Shown here: piece after piece, positions 12,401 to 23,800 of the stretch | How positions within the stretch are numbered: the first letter of the stretch is position 1 | Layout: every line of letters starts with the position of its first letter | Notes under the pieces: generated by a model | The model's database searches: none | Seen by the model: the letters and a program-made list of their open reading frames with translations, nothing else | Told to the model about the DNA's origin: nothing | Source of the DNA: a bacterium | Lineage (GTDB): Bacteria > SAR324 > NAC60-12 | DNA length: 39,591 nucleotides | Reading direction: 5' to 3' | Assembly (NCBI GenBank): GCA_965233585.1 | Contig: CBDDTI010000075.1 | Coordinates: 1 to 39,591, forward strand | Program-made: the position numbers and the translations under genes

Positions 12401-15400
12401 TTAATTTTATATATATATATATTATTATTATAGACAGTAAGTTAGTATAGTATAATATAGATAGTATAGTAACTATTAAAAATATTAAAATATAATTATA
12501 ATTTATTGTTATTATTATATAGTAGTCTTAGCAGTATATAGAGTCTATAGGGCATATATTTTATTTATTATATAGCAATATATAGTATAGGGCCTAGGGT
12601 AATATAGTATAGTATAATAGTATATAGTATATAGTAATAGTATATAGTATATAGCATATAGTATAGTATATACTATACTATACTATAGTAATAGTATAAT
12701 ATAATCAAGTAATATAGAATAGTATAGTACAGTAAGTATATATTTATATATTGATAGTATATATAGTATACGTATAAATAATATATTAATTATATATAGT
12801 ATATGTAATATTTAGAGTCTAGAGTCTAGATTATATATTTACTATACTATACTATACTACTATACTATATAAAAATATATATATAATATATAGTGTATAT
12901 ATAGTCTATATATAGTGTATAGTGTATGTTAAGTATACAATATATATAGTATAGTATATAGTATACAGTGTACAGTATACAGTATACAGTAGTCACTAGT
13001 CAGTAGTTTGGTAAATCGAAAAGACACAGTAAGCAAGCATATATTTCCTTTTGTATAGTTTCAATGTATCATCAATAGCAAATAGTATATGAGTAATATA
13101 ATATATTAATATTATATAGTATATAGTATATAGTATACAGTATACAGTATATAGTATATAGTATATAGTATATAATATAATATATAGTATATAGTATATA
13201 TAGTATATAGTAATATAGTATATAGTTATATATTATATAGTTAAACAATAGTATATTAGTATATAGTAGTATATAGTAGTATTACTTAGTATAGTATATA
13301 GTCTAGTAGTCTAGTATATAATAATAATATAGTAACAGTAAAGTATATTACACAAATATTGAACATTGAATATTGTTGTTTGTAAGTTATATTTTTGTAA
13401 ATATCAGTAGCACATGGCATATAGTATGTACATAGTAGGACATAGTTCTGGGCTGTACCTGTATACTGCATTATTTGCTTGCTGAGTTTCCAACTTATCA
13501 CTAAGCAGTATTGTATTGTGACATAGTATTGTGAAGATGGACCTTCAGGGTCCGGCTAACATTGCTCTCAGCTTTTGAGGCAGCTTTTGTTCAAGCAGGC
13601 GCTTTCTCATTTGCTTCAGTGCATCTGATCACTGCCTGACAACCTGCAATTTTGCGAACAATTTGATTCACTTCAGTGAATATTGACACGGAAACTCAAA
13701 TCACAAGTCCGAATGTCTTAAAGTCTTAAATCTTAAGTCTTAAATCACCACTGACCAGAGTTTCCTTTGCAGGGGCCACAGTGGCATTCTGAAGGTGCAA
13801 GTGGCCTAGCAGAGCAACAATTGGTTCCACTGCAATCATTGCTCTTTGATGATCACTTTGGTGATGCATTCCAGAGAGTGCAATGGGTGCGAGCAAAGAA
13901 AGTCACTGCCTGGATGGAAAAGCCCGAGTGTTTGCCTGTGCTGATTTCTTCTTCCCTGGTGTTCTCCCCGCTCGAGCGCTTGATGCCGGGTCCTTGGCAG
14001 CCTCTGCACCTGTGCAGTGCAGTCAACCCTTTGTTTGGCATCCCACATTATTTTGCTGTTTTTTATCAATGATGCTGACACCGACGCTGGTCATTGATGG
14101 CTTTGTAGGCAGGTTTATATAATAGGCATCACAGGCTAGTCACTGTCAATATGGATTACCACCGAGTGTCACGACTGTATCCGGCTGACAGGTTTCAGCT
14201 CCTGCGAGAGATGAAGAGACGAGAATGGATGGATGGAACTCAGCCATACGACTGCTTGCCTGCTGTGAGAATGACTTCGCCCCACAAGTTCCTAATTTTG
14301 AATTTGCTGGTTTTGGAATTGTGGCGTGCTAGCTCTTGTGCTCCCAGTGACTCAGGGTTGCTATTTTCACGTGTGAACCGTGAACGGCAGTGTGGCGGGC
14401 CATTTGTGATTTAGTCAGTCCTGTGTTTACTTGTAGCATTGAGGTCACTTGCAGCCATTGCCTTGAAGGAATATCTTGCGATGGCCAGCGGAGACACTCC
14501 TTTGTGCCTGAGAGGAGGGGGATGCTCCGCTCTTCTTTGTGACTTAAATTGACGTCAAAGAACTTTAATATAAAGTTAAAGTAACTACTCATTACTTAGT
14601 TATACTTAGCCTGCCATGAAGGATTCGACGATGTGTCGATGCATTTGGCCAACTTTGTGCTCTTCTCCTGCATTTGCCAAGTTTGGCAAAGGCTCTACAG
14701 AGAGTTTCAGGCCTGCCACATGTCACATACACATGATGCCATTCAGTCGTATTCCCAAGCACAAATCAATCAATGTTCACCTGGTGATGCGGATTGTCTC
14801 AGGTGTGGCCATACAGGTTGGGGAAGCTCCTGGACCCAGACGTGTCTTTTGAGCTGAAGGTTATTCTGGCCAGAGAGTTCATGGCTGCCCGAGACTGTTG
14901 TTGCGACAGGGGATTCTCAATTCCTTTGCAAAAATTCATGAAGGACTGAGGCTGAGGTTTGCAGTGTTTGTGGCTGCGGCTGCGGCTATATTAATTACTA
15001 GTACTGCTAATGCTCGCAGCACAGGACAACTCGATGATACATTGAATTCTTTGAACTTTGAATCATTCATTCATTGAATCTTTCTTCAAACTTCAGCCTT
15101 TAGTCAAACTTTAGTCACTTTAGTCTTAAGTTGTAATGATCATTGTCGTTGCTCAGGAGCACAACTACGGACCTGAAGCTTTGCTTCCTGGGGGGCCGCT
15201 TTGCCATATGGCCATGATCTTGGGCCCTGTGTTCTTTTAGCTTGTGGTGCTTGTGAGCATGTGTATCTTTCCTACTTCAATATCCCGTCCGGAAAGCCCT
15301 TATAGCCCTTAAGGTTGCACTGCTGATGATGAGGAAGTTGGTGAATGCGCAGATCGAATGCAATTTTTCACGGGCCGCTACACAGCGCTCGCCCAGTGCC

Positions 15401-18400
15401 CAGTTCGAATTCACGAAGTAGCTCCAAAATGTAGCCATTGCAAATTTCAATGGACTGACATCGCCACATCGCGACACCAAGGGTAACACAAGGTCGAGGA
15501 CATGGCATCACCACTATGGTCCTAGCCTGACACCTTTGCCTTGCCTGTGTTGTTTCATAGGGAAAGTGAAAGCAAAGCATGAGAGATGCGCGTCGCAACT
15601 CTAACATAAACTCTTGAATCAATTGAAGTCGAATCAATCATTTTTCGGGCGCTGCTTTTTGATATGAATGAGGCTGCGAAATTCCTGCTCAGCGAACTTC
15701 AGAAAGAGCATCATCGGGCCCAGCTGGCAGCAGAAGCTGCGAAGGCTGAACAGGACTGCCAACTTGGCAACAGTGAGAATGCTGCTGCCAAGTCATACAA
15801 TGGCTTCACGTTGTTTCTGAAAGATCGGCTCCAAACAATGGCGCCTGGATCGCATTATTTATTGATTGCTCTCACTCTTGGCTTGGTTGTGATACAGAGA
15901 CCTGTGCAGGAGTTATAAATTATAAGTTTAGGAGCTAGTATAACTTACTAAGTATAACTTACTAAGAATATAAATAAAATATAAATATACTATTTTAATT
16001 TTAGTTATAATATAATTTATAACGATATAATAAGAACATAATATAATGTCTATAAGCAATGAATTATAACAATATATAATAACTATTTATAATTATAATT
16101 ATACATTATTCATTATACTATATTCTACTATATACTATATATTACATTCATTATACAATAATAATTGTTGAATAATTTAAATATAAATAGTTTTATAATA
16201 TTATATTTTACTAATATATTATAATATTATATCAAATATAAATAATATATTATAATTATAAAATATAAATAAATAATAACTATTTTTTGATTACATACAT
16301 ATATTATATCAATAATTAATGATGAATAGTCAATATATTATATATATAATATAAATTATAAATATATAAATAATATATAATTTATACAATATTAATATTA
16401 TTAATATATAACATATTATATAATATTATATATTCATATAATCATATATAGTATATTATAGTATATGTATACTGTATAATGATTTATAATATATAAGTTA
16501 AATTTATATATTTATATTATATAATTATAATTTATAATAATATATTTCGATATACTATTTTTATATATGATGCTATTTATACAAATATATTTATTAACCT
16601 GTAATCTATCAGACTATGAGATAAATGTTTAACTCACAGATCATAATCATTGACTCATTGGGGTTGCGGCAGACACAGTGCACATAGGCCCTCGAAATGC
16701 TCCTGACTTTGATTCAGGTATCATACCCTGGAGAGAACCGGCAGGACACCATTTCCAGGACATGGTCTGAGGCATCACAGCAGTGGTCCGCAAGCAGCCA
16801 TGAATTCAAACAGGAGAGAACATCAATGTAATTCGAGCATGTTGTTCCTCGGGAAAACTTATGAGAATGTGGCATGCTGTAGTAACTTTAAATGCGTCTT
16901 GACTTTTCAGGTGTTCCACTGCATGTTCCCACTCTGAAGGTGAGGAAACATGGGCCAGCAAACCCAAGATACCAAATGTTACTGTTATTGTCGGGGATGT
17001 ATGTCAAGAAAACATATGTGTTTCATATGTAATATTTTTATATTTATGATGTATAGTTTTTAGTTTTTAGGGTCTTGAGTCAGAAAAGTATCAGTATCAT
17101 ATCGTCAGCGTCATCGAATCATAACCTTTAGGCAACTTAGACTTAGAACCCCAAGACTAATTGTAAACAACGCTTTTACAACTTTTGCAGTATACAAGTT
17201 TACAAGTTTACAGTGTATACAGTGTATACAGTGTTTACTGTTTACAGTGTACACTTGTACAGTTTACAGTTTGCAGTGCTACAGTGTACAGTGTTTACAG
17301 TTACAGTTAAAGTTAAAGTTTAAAGTTTCAAGTTTACAGAGTTTACAGTTTACAGTTTATAGTTTACAGTTAAAGTTTACAGTGTACAGTGTACAGTTTA
17401 AAGTTAAAGTTTAAAAGTTAAAAGTTTAAAGTTTACCAGTTTATAGTTTACAGTGAATACATGACATGTTTCCTGTTTCCATGGCTTTCGGTCAGCAGGA
17501 GCAGTCCCGCGCAGCCAAACAGCACAACTCACTGGTCAAGCGAAAGTCCTCCGAGGATTTGGCCGCCGTCGAGAAACATGACAATCCTGATTCCAGCTTG
17601 GTGCCTCATTTGGGCAAATCAGTCTTTGTTGACTTCTCTGGAATTGGAGACAAGCACTACGCAATCGCTGAGTCGATTTTGGAAGCTGAACGTGCAAAAC
17701 ACCCTCATTGGATGCAGCAAAAACATGCACAGTTTGAAAAGGAACACGGCCAACTGCAGCAAGAGGATGACGATTCCGGGGCAGAGGATCAGTCAGATGA
17801 TGAAATGCTCGGCCAATGTCCCATTGATTTGTGCGCCAGGGATGCTGAGAGGCTCGATGATTTTGAGACCTGGTTTGAACAGATCAAGAGTGTTTTGAGG
17901 ATTTTCAGAAACTCTCGAAAGACAAAAGGGTTTGCCCCTGATCATCCCATGATCACTATCAGTGCAACCAGCGATGTGAATGAACTCCAGGGTGGAGACC
18001 TTGTCTACCTTTTTGGAAAAGTGGGATTTTCACCCTTCGATGCAACTATGGTGAAACTCAAGTTGGAGAGGTTGGGCACAGTTGCTCCACGTGCTTTGGT
18101 GGCGAAAATGCATGCTACAGATGAAGGCTTGCCGGATATCATCTCCCTGGACCTTTTTCTCAAGTACTGCTGTGAGACATTCGATTGTGAAGAGCAGCAG
18201 GTTCAGATCCTTCAGTACTGTGGGGGCAGGTTTGGCGAATTGGACATTTTGTCCATGGAAAGTGTTGAGCAGGCTTCTCAGAGAACTGCCTCTGAACCTG
18301 CGACTGTAGATGAAGATGTGCGAGAAGATGACCGAGCTGTGAAAAACCGATCAGACTTGCTCAAGAAAGTCCTTGATGCGGGGAAGGACAAGCAGAAGCA

Positions 18401-20290
18401 GGCCAAGAAACCAAAAGGTGCTCCGAAACCAAAGACGAAAGGAGTCAAGAAAAAAACCAAGGACGAATCACGGAAGTCCAAACAGTCGCATTGCGCAGGG
18501 CAGGATCCTGGTCCCGCCGACACTCCAGATGTTGGCGATGTCAGAGCAGAAGATCCTGATGAACCTGGTGTGGCAGGAGCCATTCGCGATACAATCGAAA
18601 AGGAGTGGGCCAGTGCTTTTGATTCAGACTTGCCACAGGCCCCGGCCCCGTCACAAGCAGCGAGTTCCAGCTCAAGCTCCGCAACGTCCAATCACCCCTC
18701 TGCCGGCCCGTCTCCATCACCTTCACCTGCCCAGCCTGGGCAGCCTGGCCCTGACAATGTGCTGCCATGGAAGAACCCTCAAGGGTATTGCTTTCTCCCC
18801 AAGGATGGGAAGCAGATGGGTGTCTCTTTGGGTGCAGGGCTCAGATATTAATTAAGTCACAATGAGAATCAAATTCAAGTGACGTTATTCCTTTGCTGCC
18901 GTTACACCCTCATAATCTGACAACATTTCTGAAATTTGACTTGAAATTACATCAGTCTAGTTCAGGTCATTCCAGAAAACGTGTGATCTAAAATTCAAAA
19001 GGCAAAGGTGAATGACAAAACAGTTTTCTGTGAACTAGTGCAGATGCACTGCAGGCCGGATTACTGAAATCCGAATTGGATGTCCAGATCACGCGATCTC
19101 CATCCGGTGTGGTCACTGGTGCGAAAATCTGGCCGGGTCAGCCCAACTATAATAAATATGATAATTATCAAGACATATCAAGACACTTTCATTACCATTA
19201 GAAACTTTCACTTTAGACTTTGTTTATACTTTATTTTATTATACACAGTCACTTTACTTTACTTTACTCAACGCAGAATTTTACAGAGTGGAAGTGTAAA
19301 CTTGACACTAGTCACTAGTAAACTTTGCATTTCATTTCATTTAATTTAATCATAATTGATCAGTTCACTTTAACTCAATTCTTAACTTTAACTGAAACTG
19401 TACAGTTACAGTTACAGTCACAGTGCAGTTTGGTTTTCTTTTCCAATTTCCAGTTTCCAGTATACTTAGAATCCTGGTCACCATCACCCCATGCATAGCT
19501 GTGCCTTACATTCAAACTGATAGGATCTTTTCAATTTTCAAAGTTTTTTTCTGGCTAGCACATTGTTTGATTATAGTAGTATTCAGCGTTGTAACTTGTA
19601 TCTGTAAGGCTTGCTAGAATTCTTAGACTTCACCTCACTGGGCTGTGGCGCTGACATCTCTTGATTTTGAAATCAAGTTGAATGAGTCGAATCGAGTACC
19701 TATAGTGGCTTTATAGAGTATAATTGTTCTGATTTCCATGGAACAAAACAATGCATGATTGGACCATGGACTCGGGACAAATCATGGCCCCATCATCCAA
19801 GGCGTGCATCGCGATTGCAAGTGTTTGGTCGCAGTGAAGCGACTCGGTGTCAATGCGGAACCCCGCATGTTACAGTGGCTTGCGGCCGGAGTACGCTGCC
19901 CTGGTGGCCGAGATGGCGGTCCTGCTCACAAAGAGACGCCTCATTGGCTGCAACTTATTCCGTTCCATTTCATACCATGTCTTTTCTAATCTGCAATATT
20001 CCCAAACTGGAAGTGAAATTGGATTGCAAGCCATAGCCGCATAGCTGCATTGCCAAAGCAATGAGCAGTGCTGTATGTATGCATGCCTGTATGCAGGGTT
20101 ATCATTTCCTCCCGGCTTACTTTGCTTTGAAACCATCAGACTTTGTGCTTGTGCCGGTCTCATTACAGTTTTGGCAATCACAAACTAAACATGGCAGTGC
20201 TTGTATTGTTTCTGTCAGCGATGGTCACTAGCAACACTAAATCAAATCAAATCTCTTTCAAGGTGGAAAGCATACTTGGGCTTGGCTTGA
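3447..20290 (+). CDS. Multi-exon hAT-like DDE transposase (RNase H fold) with HMG-box-like and Cys/His-rich accessory segments; >30 exons, ~1,400 aa by manual estimate
   Basis: Spliced translation gives motifs in hAT order: HIEYDET (D 6596-6598), FICDNAAAN (D 7419-7421), CLM|H (CxxH split by intron 7508-7715), PNISRW (RW 11635-11640) and AQIECNFSR (E 15356-15358). Most junctions join in phase with GT/GC/GA donors and AG|G acceptors. The 5' start and a few micro-exons are uncertain. Confidence 0.8.
5595..6030. repeat. Compound microsatellite: (TAGT)n, (ACTATTG)n, (TAGAT)n, (ACTATG)n
   Basis: Directly visible tandem runs inside a transposase intron. Confidence 0.85.
6491..7776 (+). CDS. Transposase exons carrying the first and second catalytic Asp and the CxxH motif
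   Basis: Exons start at 6491 (AQSALCSLYLEKQQSAFVAMAQGTDVRALALHIEYDETGQKLRLK), 6927 (VSRTTAFVAGSNGIMSRAV), ~7086 (FMILRDETV...EIINAPAVLWRQTALALWRGL), 7375 (LSGAAPLVLLQFICDNAAANGLMFRRVVQTCPKNVLSAFQKCL) and 7716 (MHQANLCSEIGWKTLGCLPD). Confidence 0.8.
7980..9690 (-). repeat. Degenerate (TTTAAAG)n satellite switching to (CTTTAA[A])n at its 3' end
   Basis: gtttaaagtttaaag runs from ~7990 to 9570, TCTAGAG patches at ~8841-8860 and ~9485-9505, and C-strand units from ~9600. Confidence 0.9.
9951..11937 (+). CDS. Transposase insertion-domain exons (NGDW-x6-HHC-x2-GCC cluster and RW motif)
   Basis: Exons read FNCSSLLSQGSMFFELIQKIRAILTNTLIVKYDP / PEQANLDFARSLLEE / VRIPSDEIEEQHTDVHNDRTHAAEMLLLMANG / DWTSKTPVHHCKLGCCLNRTES (from 10693) / HKFFAAFLDY / LAKRPCIPNISRWLSCGENARFF / LGFALHNVLGQAWFEAH. 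Confidence 0.72.
12170..13350. repeat. Very AT-rich (TATATAG)n/(TATAG)n/(TATACAG)n satellite
   Basis: Runs of tagtatatagtatatag and tatacagtatacag. Confidence 0.9.
13773..15518 (+). CDS. Transposase exons leading to the catalytic Glu
   Basis: Exons read ...DAFQRVQWVRAKKVTAWMEKPECLPVLISSSLVFSPLERLM / ...FDDVSMHLANFVLFSCICQVWQRLYREFQ / VWPYRLGKLLDPDVSFELKVILAREFMAARDCCCDRGFSIPLQKFMK (14803-14943) / EHNYGPEALLPGG / VALLMMRKLVNAQIECNFSRAATQR (from 15314). IECNFS matches the hAT ExxFS motif. Confidence 0.75.
15673..17545 (+). CDS. HMG-box-like segment of the transposase gene
   Basis: Exons 15673-15840, 16718-16813 and 17499 onward splice in phase 0 to KSYNGFTLFLKDRLQTM|VSYPGENRQDTISRTWSEASQQWSASSHEFKQ|EQSRAAKQHN. 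This has the HMG-box pattern (aromatic-x-L-F ... W ... K). Recognised by eye only. Confidence 0.55.
15920..16620. repeat. Near-pure A/T low-complexity tract (TA/TAA/TTA)
   Basis: Directly visible; fills intron 15841-16717. Confidence 0.9.
17190..17455 (-). repeat. (GTTTACA)n/(GTGTACA)n/(GTTTAAA)n heptamer satellite
   Basis: Runs of agtttacagtttacag and agtgtacagtgtacag. Confidence 0.85.
17499..18831 (+). CDS. Large exon of the transposase gene (acidic, Lys-rich and Pro/Ser-rich regions)
   Basis: Lies within the 461-aa ORF 17466-18851. Acceptor CAG|GAG at 17498/17499, GT donor at 18832. Contains a basic NLS-like run (KQKQAKKPKGAPKPKTKGVKKKTK). Confidence 0.85.
19055..20290 (+). CDS. C-terminal exons with a putative C-x2-H-x2-C...W...H zinc-binding motif
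   Basis: 19055-19111 (GRITEIRIGCPDHAISIRC) joins 19802 onward (GVHRDCKCLVAVKRLGVNAEPRMLQWLAAGVRCPGGRDGGPAHKE), then probable last exon 20263-20290 (WKAYLGLA*). Confidence 0.65.
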
Positions 20291-20844
20291 AGATGCTGCT
20301 GATGTCATTGTGCAGCCTTGCCTTGCAGCCTCCAGCTTTCTGCTACCAAGCAGCCAACAAATCAGTTTCATCTTCTTGTCTTGCTGAGAGATGAAAGCCT
20401 TTGCTGCATTTGCTCTTGATTTGTTCAAACATTTTGGTCGCTCAACCGTTCGGCATCAGATGGGTGACCCATGCCTTTGCACTTGAGATCAGTTGTGAGA
20501 TGAGATGAGTAGTGAATGATTGATTAACGATGAATCAATGATGAATGCTGACTGCTGAATGTGATTCAGTTTGCATCCTCCGTTTGCGGTTTGTGTGTCA
20601 CATGTCAATGTGATTTCTGCCATCATCAGGGAGCCGCTTTTGACTCGAAAGAGGGGGATCGGATTGCATTTGTCAGTTTCCATCACTTGACTTAGCAGCA
20701 ATTGCTAAAATTCGTGGCTTATGCAAACTGCTACCGGTTGTCAACTGTTTGAAAGTTTCAATTTCCCCCGCCCTGCTCTATCTGACTTCGCTTTGTACGC
20801 GCACCGCACCTAGCTATTTTGCCTGGGCCACCAGTGAGCTTGCC

Positions 20845-23800
20845 ATGCCACCTTCAGCTGCCGGGAAAAGCAGCCCCATGAATGCGCCGGAGCCTCCGTC
20901 CGGAGTCACACTGCCGGCAGATTACACTCCCAAACGATGCCGTCGCTGTGGGCTTCTTCGCAGCATGATGCTGTTAGTTAATTTATAGGTGATACTGATA
21001 CTGCAAGAATTGCTTTATCTGATAAGACGTCAAATTGTGCGTCCATTATGCACTATCAGATTATCATATCATATCATTATTGCAAGTTCATCATGTCTTC
21101 AATTTTCAAAAAATTTTGGGAACTCATAATTCACATCCTCTGTTAGCACCACCAGAGGTAAGTTGTGCGAACAGTGGGGGGCCAATAGCGTTGCAGATTG
21201 CAGGTGTAGGTGTAGCTACACATAAAAATTGGTCATGAGATCATAAGAGTAAGAGTATCCGAAGAATCCAACATTCATTCATTCATAAACTTGCACAACT
21301 TTGCAAATTTGCAGCAGATATTGGCAACTGATCCGCTTTGCATGGATGACTGCTGATGACTACTCTAGACTTCTTCCTCATAGGAGCACAAAAAACAAGC
21401 TGCAGGAGACATGAGACATATTTTTTTTTTTTATCTATGTTGTTTTTAAAGCTCACAGTTAACGGTCAACGGTTCCTGGCTACCGTTAATTTTAAACAAC
21501 ACTAGTTAAGTTAAAAGAAAGTTAAAAGTTTAACAAGTTTAAAGTAAAAGTTAAAAATGTTTAATAATATTTCAGTTACAGTTAAAGTCAAAGTTAAAAG
21601 TTAAACAATTACAGTTAAAATTAACCGTTTAAACAAACTAAACTTTTTAAATTTTATTAAGCGTTAAACCGTTAAACCGTCAAAATTTAAAAAGTTAAAA
21701 GTTTAAAATGTTAAAAAACTTAAACATGTTAATAATTAATACACATTTTAAGTTTAAGGCCGCTAATGTTTAAAAAAAAATAAAGTCACTTTTAAATTTT
21801 AAACATTTTAAATTTTAACTTTAAATTGTAAAATTTTAAACTTTAAACTTTAAATCGTTTAAAGTTAAAGTTTAAAGAACGTTTGAATCTTAAAGTTAAC
21901 AGTTCAGTTGATAGTTAACGAAATTTAAAGTTGTTTTAAACTTAAAAGTTAAACGTTTAATTAATTAAAAAAAAGGTTTCTTAAGTTCTATGATTCTGTT
22001 TAAGTCTAAATGTTGCAATTTTAAAATTCAAAGTTCAAAGCTTTAAACTTTAAACTTTAAATTTTAGTAATTTTTAAAGTTTCAACTTTAAACTTAGAGT
22101 TCAAACTAGTTCAGTTAAGTTTGCAGTTTTAGGTTTTACGTTCTAATTAAATTCCACAGTTTTATTTCAAGTAGTTTGTTTAAAGTTGTTTAAAAATTAA
22201 AGTTAAAGTTAAAGTATAAAGGTTTAAGAGTTTCAGGTTCGGCTTAAGTGTAAATTTTAAAGTTTGAAGTTTAAAGTGTTTTTTGTTGCACACTTACAGT
22301 AAGTTTGAAATCTAAGTTGAGATCTAGTTTACAGTTTACAGTTATCATTTACATTTAATCCTTTAAACAATCAATACAAACTAGTTTGAACCTGAAGCAA
22401 ATTGGTTGAAGGGTCTAAGCCCCAAATTTGAAATTTATCTTAAAAGATTGTACCGTCTGTAAGTCTTAAATTTTAGATAAAATTTAAAAAACTTGAGTTT
22501 AGTTTAGAGTTTAGAGTTTAGATTCTAGAGTGTTGAGATTGGAAGACTTAAGGCAATTCAATCCGTGTTAATCGTACAATGCAGATTGTGTTTTTTGTTG
22601 GTTTCGGTTTAAGGTTTCTGGTTGTAAGCGAGTTCTAAAGTTTATGAAAGCTGAATGTTTCAAACAATTAAACGTTAAACTAATAAAGTTCAAGAATTTA
22701 ATTTAAAGTTTAAAGTTTAAAGCTAACATAAACAGAAAAAGGGTGCAAATTTCAAGTATAACCGTTTTGAAGTTTCAAATGCAAGTTTCAGTTCAATATG
22801 GATGCCAGCTTTGGCCATATGAGCTTCAAATCATTAGAGTTTGATTTGCCAAGTACGAGCAAAATGCGAAAACACATATACATTACCTAATTCACCAGCT
22901 ACCTTAACTTGAGGAACTAGCATTTTCGTGTTGGGTTTGCAATCCGTTTTGGCGAGCTTTTGACAAAAATACATATGGAAGGGATACTGGGCTACGCACT
23001 TTGGGTGAAAGCTTCCCAGAGAACCATGTTGTTAGATTTTCAGGTCTGAGATCATCACTACTTTAAACTTTTAAATTTTAAAAACTTGGAACTTTAAACT
23101 TTAAGCCTTTAAGCTTTAAACTTTAAACTCTTTAAACTTTAAAATACTTTAAACTTTAAACTTAACTTTAACTTTAAATTTAAATTGCTTTAACTTTAAA
23201 CACACATACACTCGCATGAAGTGCGGTAATATTGCATGGACTTGAAATCATTTTATTTTTGTTACCCCGACTTACACAACTGTCATGACTTTAGCTCAGG
23301 CAACAGCTTGAGTCTCAAGCCCGACTCTTCAAACGTAAAAAGTAAACACCTAATCTTCTGTGTTTCTGTTTGTTTCATGGTTCCACTTAAAGATTTTAAA
23401 TTTTACTGCTACTGTCACTGTTAAATTCTAGGCTTGCAAACCGTTAACTTTAAACTTTAATACTTTAATATTACATATTACCTGCTTATATGCCAGCAAT
23501 AAACCAACACACATGAGTCTGATTACTAAACGTTGTGTGATCACAAATCCATCAAATTTCAAGTCAAAATTTATGAATCTACACAGACTCAAGGTCAAGT
23601 TTCACTGCAAGCAAAAAGGACACACCTGCAGTTCAATCCAGATCATAACACCGGCTCTAGGTTCTAGATTCTAACTCCTGCCAGCTTTTTTTGGTTCCCT
23701 TTGGTCCCAACATATGAAAGTGTTGAAAGTTTAAAATTTATATATTTTGTTTACTTAAAACTTAAAACTTTCAACTTTAACTTTAAACTTTAAACTATAA

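Noticed and set aside
13530..13660. Possible extra transposase exon; similarly 5397-5480, 6702-6716 and 16911-16975
   Set aside because: GC-richer and flanked by plausible sites, but frame and phase could not be fixed by eye, so left unassigned.
18278..18691. 137-aa minus-strand ORF; likewise 36077-36430, 36132-36560, 31036-31374, 3619-3912 and 26991-27335
   Set aside because: These are antisense shadows of GC-richer + strand exons with no independent coding signal.
17466..18851. Stand-alone single-exon 461-aa gene
   Set aside because: It has an in-phase acceptor at 17498 and donor at 18832 linking it to the HMG-like and C-terminal finger exons.
2907..20844. hAT-type TIRs and 8-bp TSD directly flanking the transposase gene
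   Set aside because: No convincing inverted pair was found by eye between 2907-3446 and 20291-20844. A computational inverted-repeat search is needed.
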